From: Halorhodospira halophila SL1
Lineage (GTDB): Bacteria > Pseudomonadota > Gammaproteobacteria > Nitrococcales > Halorhodospiraceae
Length of the DNA stretch: 32,000 nt
NCBI RefSeq assembly: GCF_000015585.1
Contig: NC_008789.1
Coordinates: 1,230,001 to 1,262,000, forward strand
Direction: 5' to 3'
Part shown: positions 8,760 through 16,568 of the stretch, piece by piece
How positions within the stretch are numbered: the first letter of the stretch is position 1
Layout: the number at the start of each line of letters is the position of its first letter
Position numbers and translations under genes: made by a program
Notes under the pieces: generated by a model
The model's database searches: none
Told to the model about the DNA's origin: nothing
What the model saw: only the letters and a program-made list of their open reading frames with translations

Positions 8760-10973
8760 ATGCAGGACTCGGTTATGCTCCGGATACTCAAGTGGCTCCT
8801 TTTCGCCGTGGTCGGGCTGTTCGCCCTGCTGGTGGTGGCAGCGACGCTGGTCAGCGTGGTCTTCGACCCCAACGACTATCGCGACGACATCGCGGCGGCC
8901 GTCGAAGCGGAAACCGGGCGCGAGTTGACCATCGAAGGGGACATCCGACTCTCCTTCTTCCCCTGGCTGGGCCTGGAGGTGGGGCGCGTCACCCTCGCCG
9001 ACCGGGAAGGATTCCATGAGGACCCCTTCCTCGAGGTGGAGCAGGCCGACGCGGCCGTCCGACTTTTGCCGCTGCTCTGGGGCCAGCTGGAGACCCGGCT
9101 GTTAAGCATCGAGGCGCCCGTCGCCCGCCTGATGGTCAACGAAGAGGGCGAGGGGAACTGGGAGGACCTGGTGGCGCGCCTCGTCGATGACGAAGCCCCG
9201 CCGGCTGACCCCGAGGAGGAGGCACCGGCGGGCGAGCTGCCGCCCATGCTTCGCGACGCCGCCTTCGGCGGGCTGCAGGTCCGCCGCGGTCAGCTGCTCT
9301 GGGAAGACCGCAGCATCGATGACCGCAAGGAGGTCGAGCGCTTCGACCTGGATGTCGAGGCACTGCGACTGGGCCAGCCGGTGGCCCTGCAGGCCAGCTG
9401 GCTCGGCCACGGCGCCGAGCTGCCCAGGATCGACGGACAGCTGCGCCTGCAGGCCACCCTGGACCAGGCCATGGAACAGCTCGACCTGGACGGGCTGGAG
9501 ATGCTGGTGGACGCTCAGGGGGACCAGGTGCCGGGTCGGCAGCAGCGCCTGGGCGTGACCGGCAACGGCCGTATCGGCCTGGGCGCCCCCCTGCGGATCG
9601 AGTGGCCGGAGCTGGAAGTCACCGGGGCGGGGATCGCCCTGGAGGCAGCGGCCGATCTGGAGCTGGACGGCACCGGGGCCCACGGTCAGCTCGACTGGCA
9701 ACTGCCGGCGTTCAACCTGCGCACCGCCCTCAGCCGGCTGGACATCGGCCTGCCCACCCCGGCGGACCCCACGGCAATGACCCGCGTGGGCGGTGCCGGC
9801 CTCATCGAGTTCGACGGCCAGCGTCTGCTCCTGCCCGAATTCGGTCTGGACCTCGATGACACGCGGATCGACCTCGATGGCGGGGTGGACGACTGGACCG
9901 GCCCCGAGGTCACGCTCAATCTGACCGTGGACGAGATCAACCTGGACCGGTACCTGCCCGCCGAGGAACGGCGCGCCGTCGACGAGCCGACGGCACCCGA
10001 CGCGGGGCTGCCGGACCTGGAAGAGATCGCCCTCGATCTGCCGCTGGAGCCGCTGCGCACCCTGGAGCTCGACGGCGGGCTGCAGATCGGCCAGCTGATC
10101 CTCTCCGGGCTCTCCCTGCAGGAGGTCCGGGGCGACTTCAGCGGCAGCGACGGCCGTGTGGGCATCGCCGACCTCGAGGCCCGGCTCTATGATGGCGACT
10201 ACCGCGCCGACACCTTCCTCGACGCACGCGGCGACTATCCGTACTTCGAACTCGACCACCGCCTGGACCAGGTGCAGTTCGCGCCGCTGCTCGAGGATCT
10301 CCTCGAACGGGACTGGCTCCACGGGCGGGGCAGCTTCGCCCTGCAGGGCGAGGGCGGCGGCGAGAACCTTGAACAGCTGATCGAGGACTTCCGCGGCGAT
10401 GCCGAGCTCAATGTCACCGAGGGGGCCGTACTGGGGCTGAACATCCCGCACATGTTCCGCGAGGGTGTAGCCCGCGTCCGCGCCCAGCCCCGGCCCGAAC
10501 CGCCGGAGGACGAGGCACGCACGGATTTCGGCTCCCTCTCGGCCAGTTTCGAGCTGCGCGACGGCGAGATCCACAACGACAACCTGCGCGCCGAATCGCC
10601 GATCCTTCGCGCCCGTGGCGCCGGTCACGCCAACCTGCTCAGGGAGACCATCGACTACCGCGTACGCCTATCGGTGATCGACAACCTGGAGGACGCCGAC
10701 GGCCGCCCGATCCGCGAACTCAAGGACGTCACCGTGCCCCTGGAGTTCAGCGGAGACCTGTTCAGCCCACGCATCCGCTTCGACCTCCGCGCTGCGCTGA
10801 CCGAGCAGGAGATCCGGCGTCTGCGCGAGGCCCAGCAGCGCCTCGACGAGGCCGAGGAGAAGATCCGCGAGGGCTTCCGGGAGCGCATTGAACAGGAGCT
10901 CGAGGAGCAGACCGACCGCGCCGAGGAGCGCATCCGTCAGGAGGCGGACAGCATCCTGCGGCGGCTTCGCTGA
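8760..10973 (+). CDS. asmA: AsmA family outer-membrane assembly protein
   Basis: It has an N-terminal anchor (ILKWLLFAVVGLFALLVVAATLV) followed by a long beta-rich repetitive periplasmic region and a conserved C-terminal AsmA_2-like block (ELNVTEGAVLGLNI...FELRDGEIHNDNL). The start is uncertain (8736, 8760 or 8775). Confidence 0.75.
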   Translation: MQDSVMLRILKWLLFAVVGLFALLVVAATLVSVVFDPNDYRDDIAAAVEAETGRELTIEGDIRLSFFPWLGLEVGRVTLADREGFHEDPFLEVEQADAAVRLLPLLWGQLETRLLSIEAPVARLMVNEEGEGNWEDLVARLVDDEAPPADPEEEAPAGELPPMLRDAAFGGLQVRRGQLLWEDRSIDDRKEVERFDLDVEALRLGQPVALQASWLGHGAELPRIDGQLRLQATLDQAMEQLDLDGLEMLVDAQGDQVPGRQQRLGVTGNGRIGLGAPLRIEWPELEVTGAGIALEAAADLELDGTGAHGQLDWQLPAFNLRTALSRLDIGLPTPADPTAMTRVGGAGLIEFDGQRLLLPEFGLDLDDTRIDLDGGVDDWTGPEVTLNLTVDEINLDRYLPAEERRAVDEPTAPDAGLPDLEEIALDLPLEPLRTLELDGGLQIGQLILSGLSLQEVRGDFSGSDGRVGIADLEARLYDGDYRADTFLDARGDYPYFELDHRLDQVQFAPLLEDLLERDWLHGRGSFALQGEGGGENLEQLIEDFRGDAELNVTEGAVLGLNIPHMFREGVARVRAQPRPEPPEDEARTDFGSLSASFELRDGEIHNDNLRAESPILRARGAGHANLLRETIDYRVRLSVIDNLEDADGRPIRELKDVTVPLEFSGDLFSPRIRFDLRAALTEQEIRRLREAQQRLDEAEEKIREGFRERIEQELEEQTDRAEERIRQEADSILRRLR

Positions 10974-10977
10974 GCGG

Positions 10978-12054
10978 ATGTCCCGCTGGGCCACACCGGA
11001 GCGCTGCCAGGCACTTCAGGAGCAACTGATCGCCTGGCAGCGGCAGCACGGTCGAAACGACCTGCCCTGGCAGCAGCCGGCCACGCCCTACCGGGTGTGG
11101 ATCTCCGAGATCATGCTGCAGCAGACCCGTGTGGAGACCGTCGTCCCCTACTTCGAGCGCTTCATGGAACGCTACCCGGACGTCGCCGCCTTGGCCGCGG
11201 CCGAGCTGGATGACGTCCTCGCGCTGTGGGCCGGCCTGGGCTACTACGCCCGCGCCCGCAACCTGCACGCCGCGGCGCAGCGGATCCAGACGGATTGGGG
11301 GGGGCAGCTGCCGGCCGAACTATCGGCGCTGCAGACACTGCCCGGCATCGGGCCCTCCACCGCCGGCGCAATCCGCTCGCTGGGCCACGGCCAGCCGGCC
11401 CCGATCCTCGACGGCAACGTCAAACGGGTGCTGGCGCGGCTCGCCGGCGTCGAGGGCTGGCCCGGACGCAGCCCGGTGGCCAAGCAGCTATGGGCACTCT
11501 CCGCCGCGCTGACCCCGGAGGCGGAGTGCCGCCGCTTCAACCAGGGCCTGATGGACCTTGGGGCGCTGGTCTGCACGCCGCGGGACCCGGCGTGCAACGC
11601 CTGCCCACTGGCCGCGTCGTGCACGGCCCGGGCCGCCGGCAACCCGGAGACCTACCCGGCCCCCCGTCCGGCACGTCAGCGCCCTCGGCGCGAGGTCCGC
11701 CTGCTGCTGATCGAACACGCCGATGCCCTGCTGCTGGAGCGCCGCCCCGCCACCGGGATCTGGGGCGGACTCTGGTCGCTGCCGGAGTGCCCGCCCAGCG
11801 AGGACCCGGTGACACGGGCCCTCCGCCTGGGCGCACGCTGCGAACCCGCCGGAGACCTACCGGCCCGCCACCACGCGCTGACCCACTTCGAGCTGATCAT
11901 GCAGCCGACTCGGCTGCGCTGGAACGCGGCGACCCCCGATATCGGCGAACCCGATCCGCAGCGGATTTGGTTCCGGCCGGGGCAGGATACCCTGCCCGGA
12001 CTCCCTGCACCGATCCTGCGCATCCTTCGCGACGCCGGCTACCCGGTAGCCTGA
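10978..12054 (+). CDS. mutY: A/G-specific adenine DNA glycosylase
   Basis: Evidence is DLPWQ....PYRVWISEIMLQQTRV, the HhH-GPD motif LPGIGPSTAGAI, the 4Fe-4S cluster loop C.......C..CPL...C, and a NUDIX-like C-terminal domain. The ATG is 4 nt after the asmA stop. Confidence 0.9.
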   Translation: MSRWATPERCQALQEQLIAWQRQHGRNDLPWQQPATPYRVWISEIMLQQTRVETVVPYFERFMERYPDVAALAAAELDDVLALWAGLGYYARARNLHAAAQRIQTDWGGQLPAELSALQTLPGIGPSTAGAIRSLGHGQPAPILDGNVKRVLARLAGVEGWPGRSPVAKQLWALSAALTPEAECRRFNQGLMDLGALVCTPRDPACNACPLAASCTARAAGNPETYPAPRPARQRPRREVRLLLIEHADALLLERRPATGIWGGLWSLPECPPSEDPVTRALRLGARCEPAGDLPARHHALTHFELIMQPTRLRWNAATPDIGEPDPQRIWFRPGQDTLPGLPAPILRILRDAGYPVA

Positions 12055-12135
12055 GCCGGAGACCGCAGAACGCTGGCGGCAACATGGACCGGATCGGTAC
12101 ACTATCCGGACGCTCACACCCACCGAGAGGGCAGC

Positions 12136-12408
12136 ATGTCGAGAAAGGTGCACTGCGTGAAGCTCCAACAGGAGGCGGATGGGCTGGACCGCCCGCCATA
12201 CCCGGGCGAGCTGGGTCAGCGGATCTACGACAACGTCAGCAAACAGGCGTGGAGCATGTGGGTGCAGCAGCAGACCATGCTCATCAACGAGTACCGGCTC
12301 ACCCCGGCCGACCCCAAGGCCCGCTCCTTCCTGGAGCGCGAAATGGAGAACTTCTTCTTCGGCCAGGGCTCGGCGCCGCCGCCGGATTTCAGCCCCGACC
12401 ACAGCTGA
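12136..12408 (+). CDS. yggX: Oxidative-damage protection protein / Fe(2+)-trafficking protein YggX
   Basis: The product ([37 protein letters not shown]...QTMLINE..L) closely resembles the YggX family. The mutY-yggX synteny is conserved. Confidence 0.9.
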   Translation: MSRKVHCVKLQQEADGLDRPPYPGELGQRIYDNVSKQAWSMWVQQQTMLINEYRLTPADPKARSFLEREMENFFFGQGSAPPPDFSPDHS

Positions 12409-12462
12409 AACCACCCCGCCCCTTGACTCCGGGGGCCGTTTCAGCTTGAATACGCAGCCGTT

Positions 12463-12538
12463 GGCCGGGTAGCTCAGTCGGTAGAGCATGGGATTGAAAA
12501 TCTCAGTGTCGGCGGTTCGATTCCGTCCCCGGCCACCA
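12463..12538 (+). tRNA. tRNA-Phe (anticodon GAA)
   Basis: It folds as acceptor GGCCGGG/CCCGGCC, D-arm GCTC-AGTCGGTA-GAGC, anticodon arm TGGGA-TTGAAAA-TCTCA, T-arm GGCGG-TTCGATT-CCGTC, discriminator A and CCA. It closely resembles E. coli pheV. Confidence 0.95.
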
Positions 12539-12651
12539 TCTCCTTCCCTCGCAACGTACACGGACGTCCCGCACCCCTCCTGAAAGCCGCTCTATACGGG
12601 CATTTGGGGTCTAACGCTGTTCGAAGCCATCCAGGGTCAGCTAGCATCATA

Positions 12652-12733
12652 GTGGGTACTGGAGCGGGTAGTACCCACCGCGGGAGACCCCACTACCCAC
12701 AAAGCCATGCCCGCGGCGGCGCTCAGTACCCAC
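12652..12733. promoter_or_regulatory. Cluster of four A(G/C)TACCCAC 9-mers (one inverted) upstream of the integrase; candidate arm-type or regulatory sites
   Basis: The copies are GTGGGTACT at 12652-12660 (inverted), AGTACCCAC at 12670-12678, ACTACCCAC at 12692-12700 and AGTACCCAC at 12725-12733. The first two form a 9-bp inverted repeat with a 9-nt spacer. Confidence 0.35.
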
Positions 12734-12814
12734 AACCCGACGCCCGAAGCGGCCCTTGCGGCTGCTCACGGCGGGCGTGTCGTCCCCGCTAGGCAGGGAT
12801 CACGGGAGGGGGGT

Positions 12815-14053
12815 ATGGGTCGCGGAACCAACAAGCTGACGGATCGCCAGTGCCGAACGGCGAAGCCTCCCGAGGGCAAGCAGCAGCTGAAGCTCACTGA
12901 TGGCGGCGGACTGGTCCTCCTGGTCAAGAGCAACGGCGGCAAGCAGTGGCAGTTCCGCTACCGGCGACCCTCAGGGCGCGAGGCGACGATGGGACTGGGG
13001 GTCTACCCCGACGTTCCGCTGTCCAAGGCGCGGGAGCGCCGTGATGAGGCGCGCGCGCTACTTGCCGACGGTATCGACCCGATTGACCAACGCAAGGCGC
13101 AGCGTTCGGCAGCCGCCTCCGCCGACACCCATTCGTTCGAGGCCGTCGCACGTGAGTGGTGGGACGCTGTCCACCGGCACAAGGTGGTTGCGTCCCACGC
13201 GAACCGGAATCTTCGTCGCCTGGAGCAATACGCCTTCCCGAAGCTTGGCCGCCGGCCAGTGAGCGCGATTGAACCACCCGACGTCCTGGAAGCACTTCGG
13301 CGTATCGAGGCGCTGGAGCACGTTGAGACCGCGCACCGCGTGAAGACCCTCATTGGGCAGGTATGCCGATATGCCATCGCTACCGGACGAGGCAGCCGCG
13401 ACCCCACTGCAGATCTGCGGGGGATGCTGCGCTCGCCAAAGACGCGCCACCTCCCCGCGATCACGGAGCCAGCGGAACTTGGGCCGTTGCTGCGGGCTAT
13501 CGACGGGTATCGCGGGCAGCCCACGACCCGCGCCGCGTTGCAGCTTGCGCCCATCGTGTTTTGCCGGCCCGGCGAGCTAAGAGCCGCGGAGTGGCAGGCG
13601 TTCGATCTGAGTAGCGGCACCTGGGACTACCAGCCAAGCAAAGACGGTGACCCCCTGGTGACACCGCTGCCAAGGCAGGCCATTTCCATACTCCGCGAGC
13701 TGGAGCCGATCAGTCGCAGCAGCCGTTATCTGTTCCCCTCAGGACGGACCCCGGATCGGCCGATTAGCGACAACACCCTCACGGCCGCGCTCAAGCGCCT
13801 GGATTATGGCGGGCGCATGGTGGCGCACGGCTTCCGCGCAGCCGCCCGCACCATCCTGGTCGAACGGCTTGGCTGGGGGATCGAAATCGTCGAGATGCAG
13901 CTGGGCCACCGGGTTCGCGACGCCCACGGCCGCGCCTACAACCGCACTCAATGGATCGAGCAACGTGGCGTCATGCTGCAGCAGTGGGCCGATTACCTGG
14001 ACGAGCTTCGGGAGGCAAGCGACACAGAGCCAACGGCTGACCGGGACCGTTAG
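12815..14053 (+). CDS. int: Tyrosine-type site-specific integrase, P4-like (N-terminal DUF4102/Arm domain)
   Basis: The N-terminus (KLTDRQCRTAKP..GKQQLKLTDGGGLVLLVKSNGGKQWQFRYR) is typical of P4-type integrases. The catalytic region has R (FCRPGELR), HGFR and the H...Y tail. A G-rich SD precedes ATG 12815, and the gene lies directly 3' of tRNA-Phe. Confidence 0.9.
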   Translation: MGRGTNKLTDRQCRTAKPPEGKQQLKLTDGGGLVLLVKSNGGKQWQFRYRRPSGREATMGLGVYPDVPLSKARERRDEARALLADGIDPIDQRKAQRSAAASADTHSFEAVAREWWDAVHRHKVVASHANRNLRRLEQYAFPKLGRRPVSAIEPPDVLEALRRIEALEHVETAHRVKTLIGQVCRYAIATGRGSRDPTADLRGMLRSPKTRHLPAITEPAELGPLLRAIDGYRGQPTTRAALQLAPIVFCRPGELRAAEWQAFDLSSGTWDYQPSKDGDPLVTPLPRQAISILRELEPISRSSRYLFPSGRTPDRPISDNTLTAALKRLDYGGRMVAHGFRAAARTILVERLGWGIEIVEMQLGHRVRDAHGRAYNRTQWIEQRGVMLQQWADYLDELREASDTEPTADRDR

Positions 14054-14298
14054 TCGGTTGCCCACACGGTCGCTTGCGCGGGTCACCGCCTCCCCGGCCG
14101 TTGTGTTTATGACATCCGCGTCACGGTCTGTCGCCTCAACTGCCGCCGAGCTGACGTGCGATGCCTCCAGGGAATGAGAGGCTGCTGCTGAACAGGACGG
14201 CAATTTGCTCGCCGGCGGCGATGGCGACAGCCCCGACCAAGCGGCTACTGAACAAGGAGCGTCGCTTCAGAGCTCCGCATAGGCAAGCTGTATCGACC

Positions 14299-14513
14299 TC
14301 AACCCCGCCCCGCGCTAGGGCCGAGGTCGTCCATATCGGCCCGAGCCGCGCCGAGGCGATCATCCACAGCCGACGCTACCCGGGGTAACCGGGCGAGAAT
14401 CGCGTTAAGAGACAACAGCAGGTAGTCGTAGAGCAGCCAGCGGTCCGCGGCGATGTTCGAATAGCGCGAACGGAGGACGGCGTCGCCGGGGCGGCGGCCA
14501 TGGTGCCTAAAGG
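14299..14513 (-). pseudogene. 3' fragment of an unknown minus-strand gene, cut at its 5' side by the IS3 element
   Basis: The minus frame ending at stop 14299-14301 has a high GC third position (about 83% by my count over 41 codons, versus about 66% for the co-register plus frame). Its sequence is protein-like (RYSNIAADRWLLYDYLLLSLNAILARLPR). The ORF runs straight into IS end 14514 with no credible start outside the IS. Confidence 0.3.
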
Positions 14514-14596
14514 TGAAGTGGACCCCAAAATCTGGACAGGCCGAGAAGTAAACCTTCCGCGTTACGATGGCACCAGCACGCGGAGGTTCTCGGACC

Positions 14597-14893
14597 ATGG
14601 CAGCGAAGCGCAAACGTCACAGTCCGGAGTTCAAGGCGAGGGTCGCCCTCGAGGCGCTCAAGGGCATGAAGACAAGCCAGGAGCTCGCTCGCGAGTATGG
14701 GGTCCACCCAACGCAGGTCGCCCAGTGGAAGGGGCAGCTGCGGGATAACGCCGGTGAGCTCTTCCAGAGCGGAGCGGCCAGGGAAGCGCAGAAGCACCAG
14801 GAGTCTGAGCTGGCCCAAGCCTACGAGCAGATCGGCCGGCTGAACATGGAGCTGACCTGGCTGAAAAAAAATGCACCCCCCCCGGAGTCGTGA
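14597..14893 (+). CDS. IS3-family transposase OrfA (HTH)
   Basis: KRKRHSPEFKARVALEALKG.KT..ELAREYGVHP.QV.QWK.QL is a typical IS3 OrfA helix-turn-helix followed by a leucine-zipper-like tail. GGAGG lies 10 nt upstream of ATG 14597. An upstream alternative ATG is at 14567. Confidence 0.85.
   Translation: MAAKRKRHSPEFKARVALEALKGMKTSQELAREYGVHPTQVAQWKGQLRDNAGELFQSGAAREAQKHQESELAQAYEQIGRLNMELTWLKKNAPPPES
14864..14883 (+). other. Homopolymer pair A8 (14864-14871) and C8 (14876-14883) in the orfA/orfB overlap (frameshift window)
   Basis: Read directly from CTGAAAAAAAATGCACCCCCCCCGG. A-runs are the usual IS3 slippery site. Confidence 0.4.
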
Positions 14894-15713
14894 CCGGCGA
14901 TGCTTGATCGAGCCCGATCATCCGCAGCTCTCGGTCGCGCAGCAATGCCGGCTGCTGGGACTGCCGCGGAGCACCTATGACTACCGACCGGTGGCGGTCT
15001 CCAGCGAGGAGCTCGCCTTGATGGAGGCGATCGACCGGCAGTATCTGGATACCCCGTGGTACGGCTCCCGGCAGATGACCGCGGCGCTGCGCCGGCGGGG
15101 GTGGCCGGTCAATCGCAAGCGCATCCAGAGACTGATGCGCAAAATGGGGCTGCAGGCCATTGCACCGGGGCCCCACACGAGCCGCAAGCAGCCTCAGCAT
15201 CCGGTCTATCCGTACTTGTTGCGCGACCATCCACCTCGAGCACCCAACGACGCATGGGCGGCGGATATCACGTTCGTACCCATGCCGATCGGGTTCATGT
15301 ACCTGGTGGCGATCATCGACTGGCACAGCCGCTTTGTACTGGCCTGGGAACTGTCGAACACCCTGGACACCGCGTTCTGCCTGGAAGCCTTGGACACGGC
15401 TCTCCAGCGCTTTGGAATGCCCGGCATATTCAATACCGATCAGGGAACGCAGTTCACCAGCGAGGCGTTCACCAATCGCTTGAAGACCGCGGAGGTCGCT
15501 ATCAGCATGGATGGCCGCGGGCGCGTCTACGACAACATCTTCGTCGAGCGCCTGTGGCGCAGCGTGAAGTACGAGCTGGTCTACCTCCACGAATTCCGGG
15601 AGGTCCTCGACCTGCTCAAAGGCCTCGAGACCTATTTCGAATACTTCAACCACCGCCGGCCCAATCAGGGCCTGGACGAGGCAACACCGGCCGAGGTCTA
15701 TGGGTTGGCATGA
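14871..15713 (+). CDS. IS3-family transposase OrfB (DDE/rve integrase core)
   Basis: It has the DDE-type core WAADITFV (first D), FNTDQGTQFTS (second D) and ERLWRSVKYE (E with downstream K/R). In a functional element it would normally be expressed as an OrfAB fusion. Confidence 0.85.
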   Translation: MHPPRSRDRRCLIEPDHPQLSVAQQCRLLGLPRSTYDYRPVAVSSEELALMEAIDRQYLDTPWYGSRQMTAALRRRGWPVNRKRIQRLMRKMGLQAIAPGPHTSRKQPQHPVYPYLLRDHPPRAPNDAWAADITFVPMPIGFMYLVAIIDWHSRFVLAWELSNTLDTAFCLEALDTALQRFGMPGIFNTDQGTQFTSEAFTNRLKTAEVAISMDGRGRVYDNIFVERLWRSVKYELVYLHEFREVLDLLKGLETYFEYFNHRRPNQGLDEATPAEVYGLA

Positions 15714-15794
15714 CCCCGGGCATCGGCCCAATGACAGGGGCGGAGGTTTACTTCTGAACCCCGGCTACCTGTCCAGACGGATGGGTCCACCTCA

Positions 15795-16470
15795 CCCGGT
15801 CGAATACCTCCTTCTGCTCATCGAGGCCATCAACCAGCATGAGCGGGGTCAGGCCCTCGCGGCCCCGTTTGCGTACCCCTGGTCGGACGAGACGCTCGAG
15901 GGGTACGTCGAGTCCCTTCGCCGCCTGCCGCCGAGTTTGAGGTGCCGATCCGCCAACCTCGAAAACGGAGACAACCTCATCGACCCACCAACCACGCCAT
16001 CGGAGAAGAAGATGGCTAGGCGGGCCTGGCAACTACTCCACGGCAACCCCGAGACCAGAGAGAAACCCGGGTTCACGGCACGCGAGCAGAGAAAGCTTAT
16101 CGAGAGCTACTTGGAAGGCCATCAACCTGAAGAGCCATTACTGACGGTTCATTTTCATCGTCTGCCGGATCTCAAGCGCTGGGAGAGGTTTTCAGAAGGG
16201 CTCGGGATTGCCGAAGCCTTTGTCGTTCACCACCACCCCTCTAGAAATCCTGATGCCGGATCCCCAAGCCGTCAGCACGCTTACTGGCAGAATGCCCTAA
16301 AAACGCTTTGCATAGAGCCCTCCCATACGATAAGCCGCTCAAATCGAGATAAAGTAGCGGCCCGCGGGGAAGTCGTCGTCAAGTCGAATCAATCCCATGA
16401 GGCAGCTGCTCGTGGGATGTATGCACTCAAGGTTATTATTGCAGCAACCAAAGCTATTACTAACCTCTAG
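15795..16470 (+). pseudogene. Hypothetical protein, apparently 5'-truncated by the IS3 element (an internal ATG at 16012 could give a 152-aa product)
   Basis: The plus frame is open from inside the IS to stop 16468-16470. GC3 is very high in the first about 45 codons after the IS end, which indicates true coding on this strand. I recognise no family. Confidence 0.4.
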
Positions 16471-16568
16471 CCTGAACGCCGAAAATCTTCTCTTTTTTCT
16501 CGGGTGTTGCGCTTGAAATTTGATTCTACGCAGTGGGGGCGACCAGCAGGCGGTCGGGCTATAAAAGC

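Larger units (their letters stand above)
14514..15794 (+). mobile_element. IS3-family insertion sequence (1281 bp)
   Basis: The left end is TGAAGTGGACCC..TCTGGACAGG..AGAAGTAAACC (14514-14554). The reverse complement of 15745-15794 is TGAGGTGGACCC..TCTGGACAGG..AGAAGTAAACC. The element has TG...CA termini and two overlapping transposase ORFs with an A-run in the overlap. Confidence 0.85.

Noticed and set aside
14086-14100. Possible attR or att remnant: TCCCCGGCC after the integrase matches 9 nt of the tRNA-Phe 3' end
   Set aside because: A 9-nt GC-rich match is expected by chance in 32 kb of high-GC DNA on two strands, and the match does not extend.
15700-15794. Start of ORF 15700-16470 at the ATG inside the IS3 right end
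   Set aside because: The first 32 codons lie within the IS terminal region and overlap the orfB 3' end. This most likely reflects read-through of an open frame rather than a genuine start. A hybrid promoter or start supplied by the IS cannot be excluded.
14299-16032. A single minus-strand gene interrupted by the IS3 element. Removing 14514-15794 joins ORFs 15748-16032 and 14299-14613 in frame.
   Set aside because: The in-frame join has a one-in-three chance of occurring by coincidence. To the right of the IS, third-position GC strongly favours the plus-strand frame, and the minus-strand product there is Arg/Gly/Trp-rich shadow-like sequence. There is also no target duplication. I kept the idea of two separate truncated fragments.
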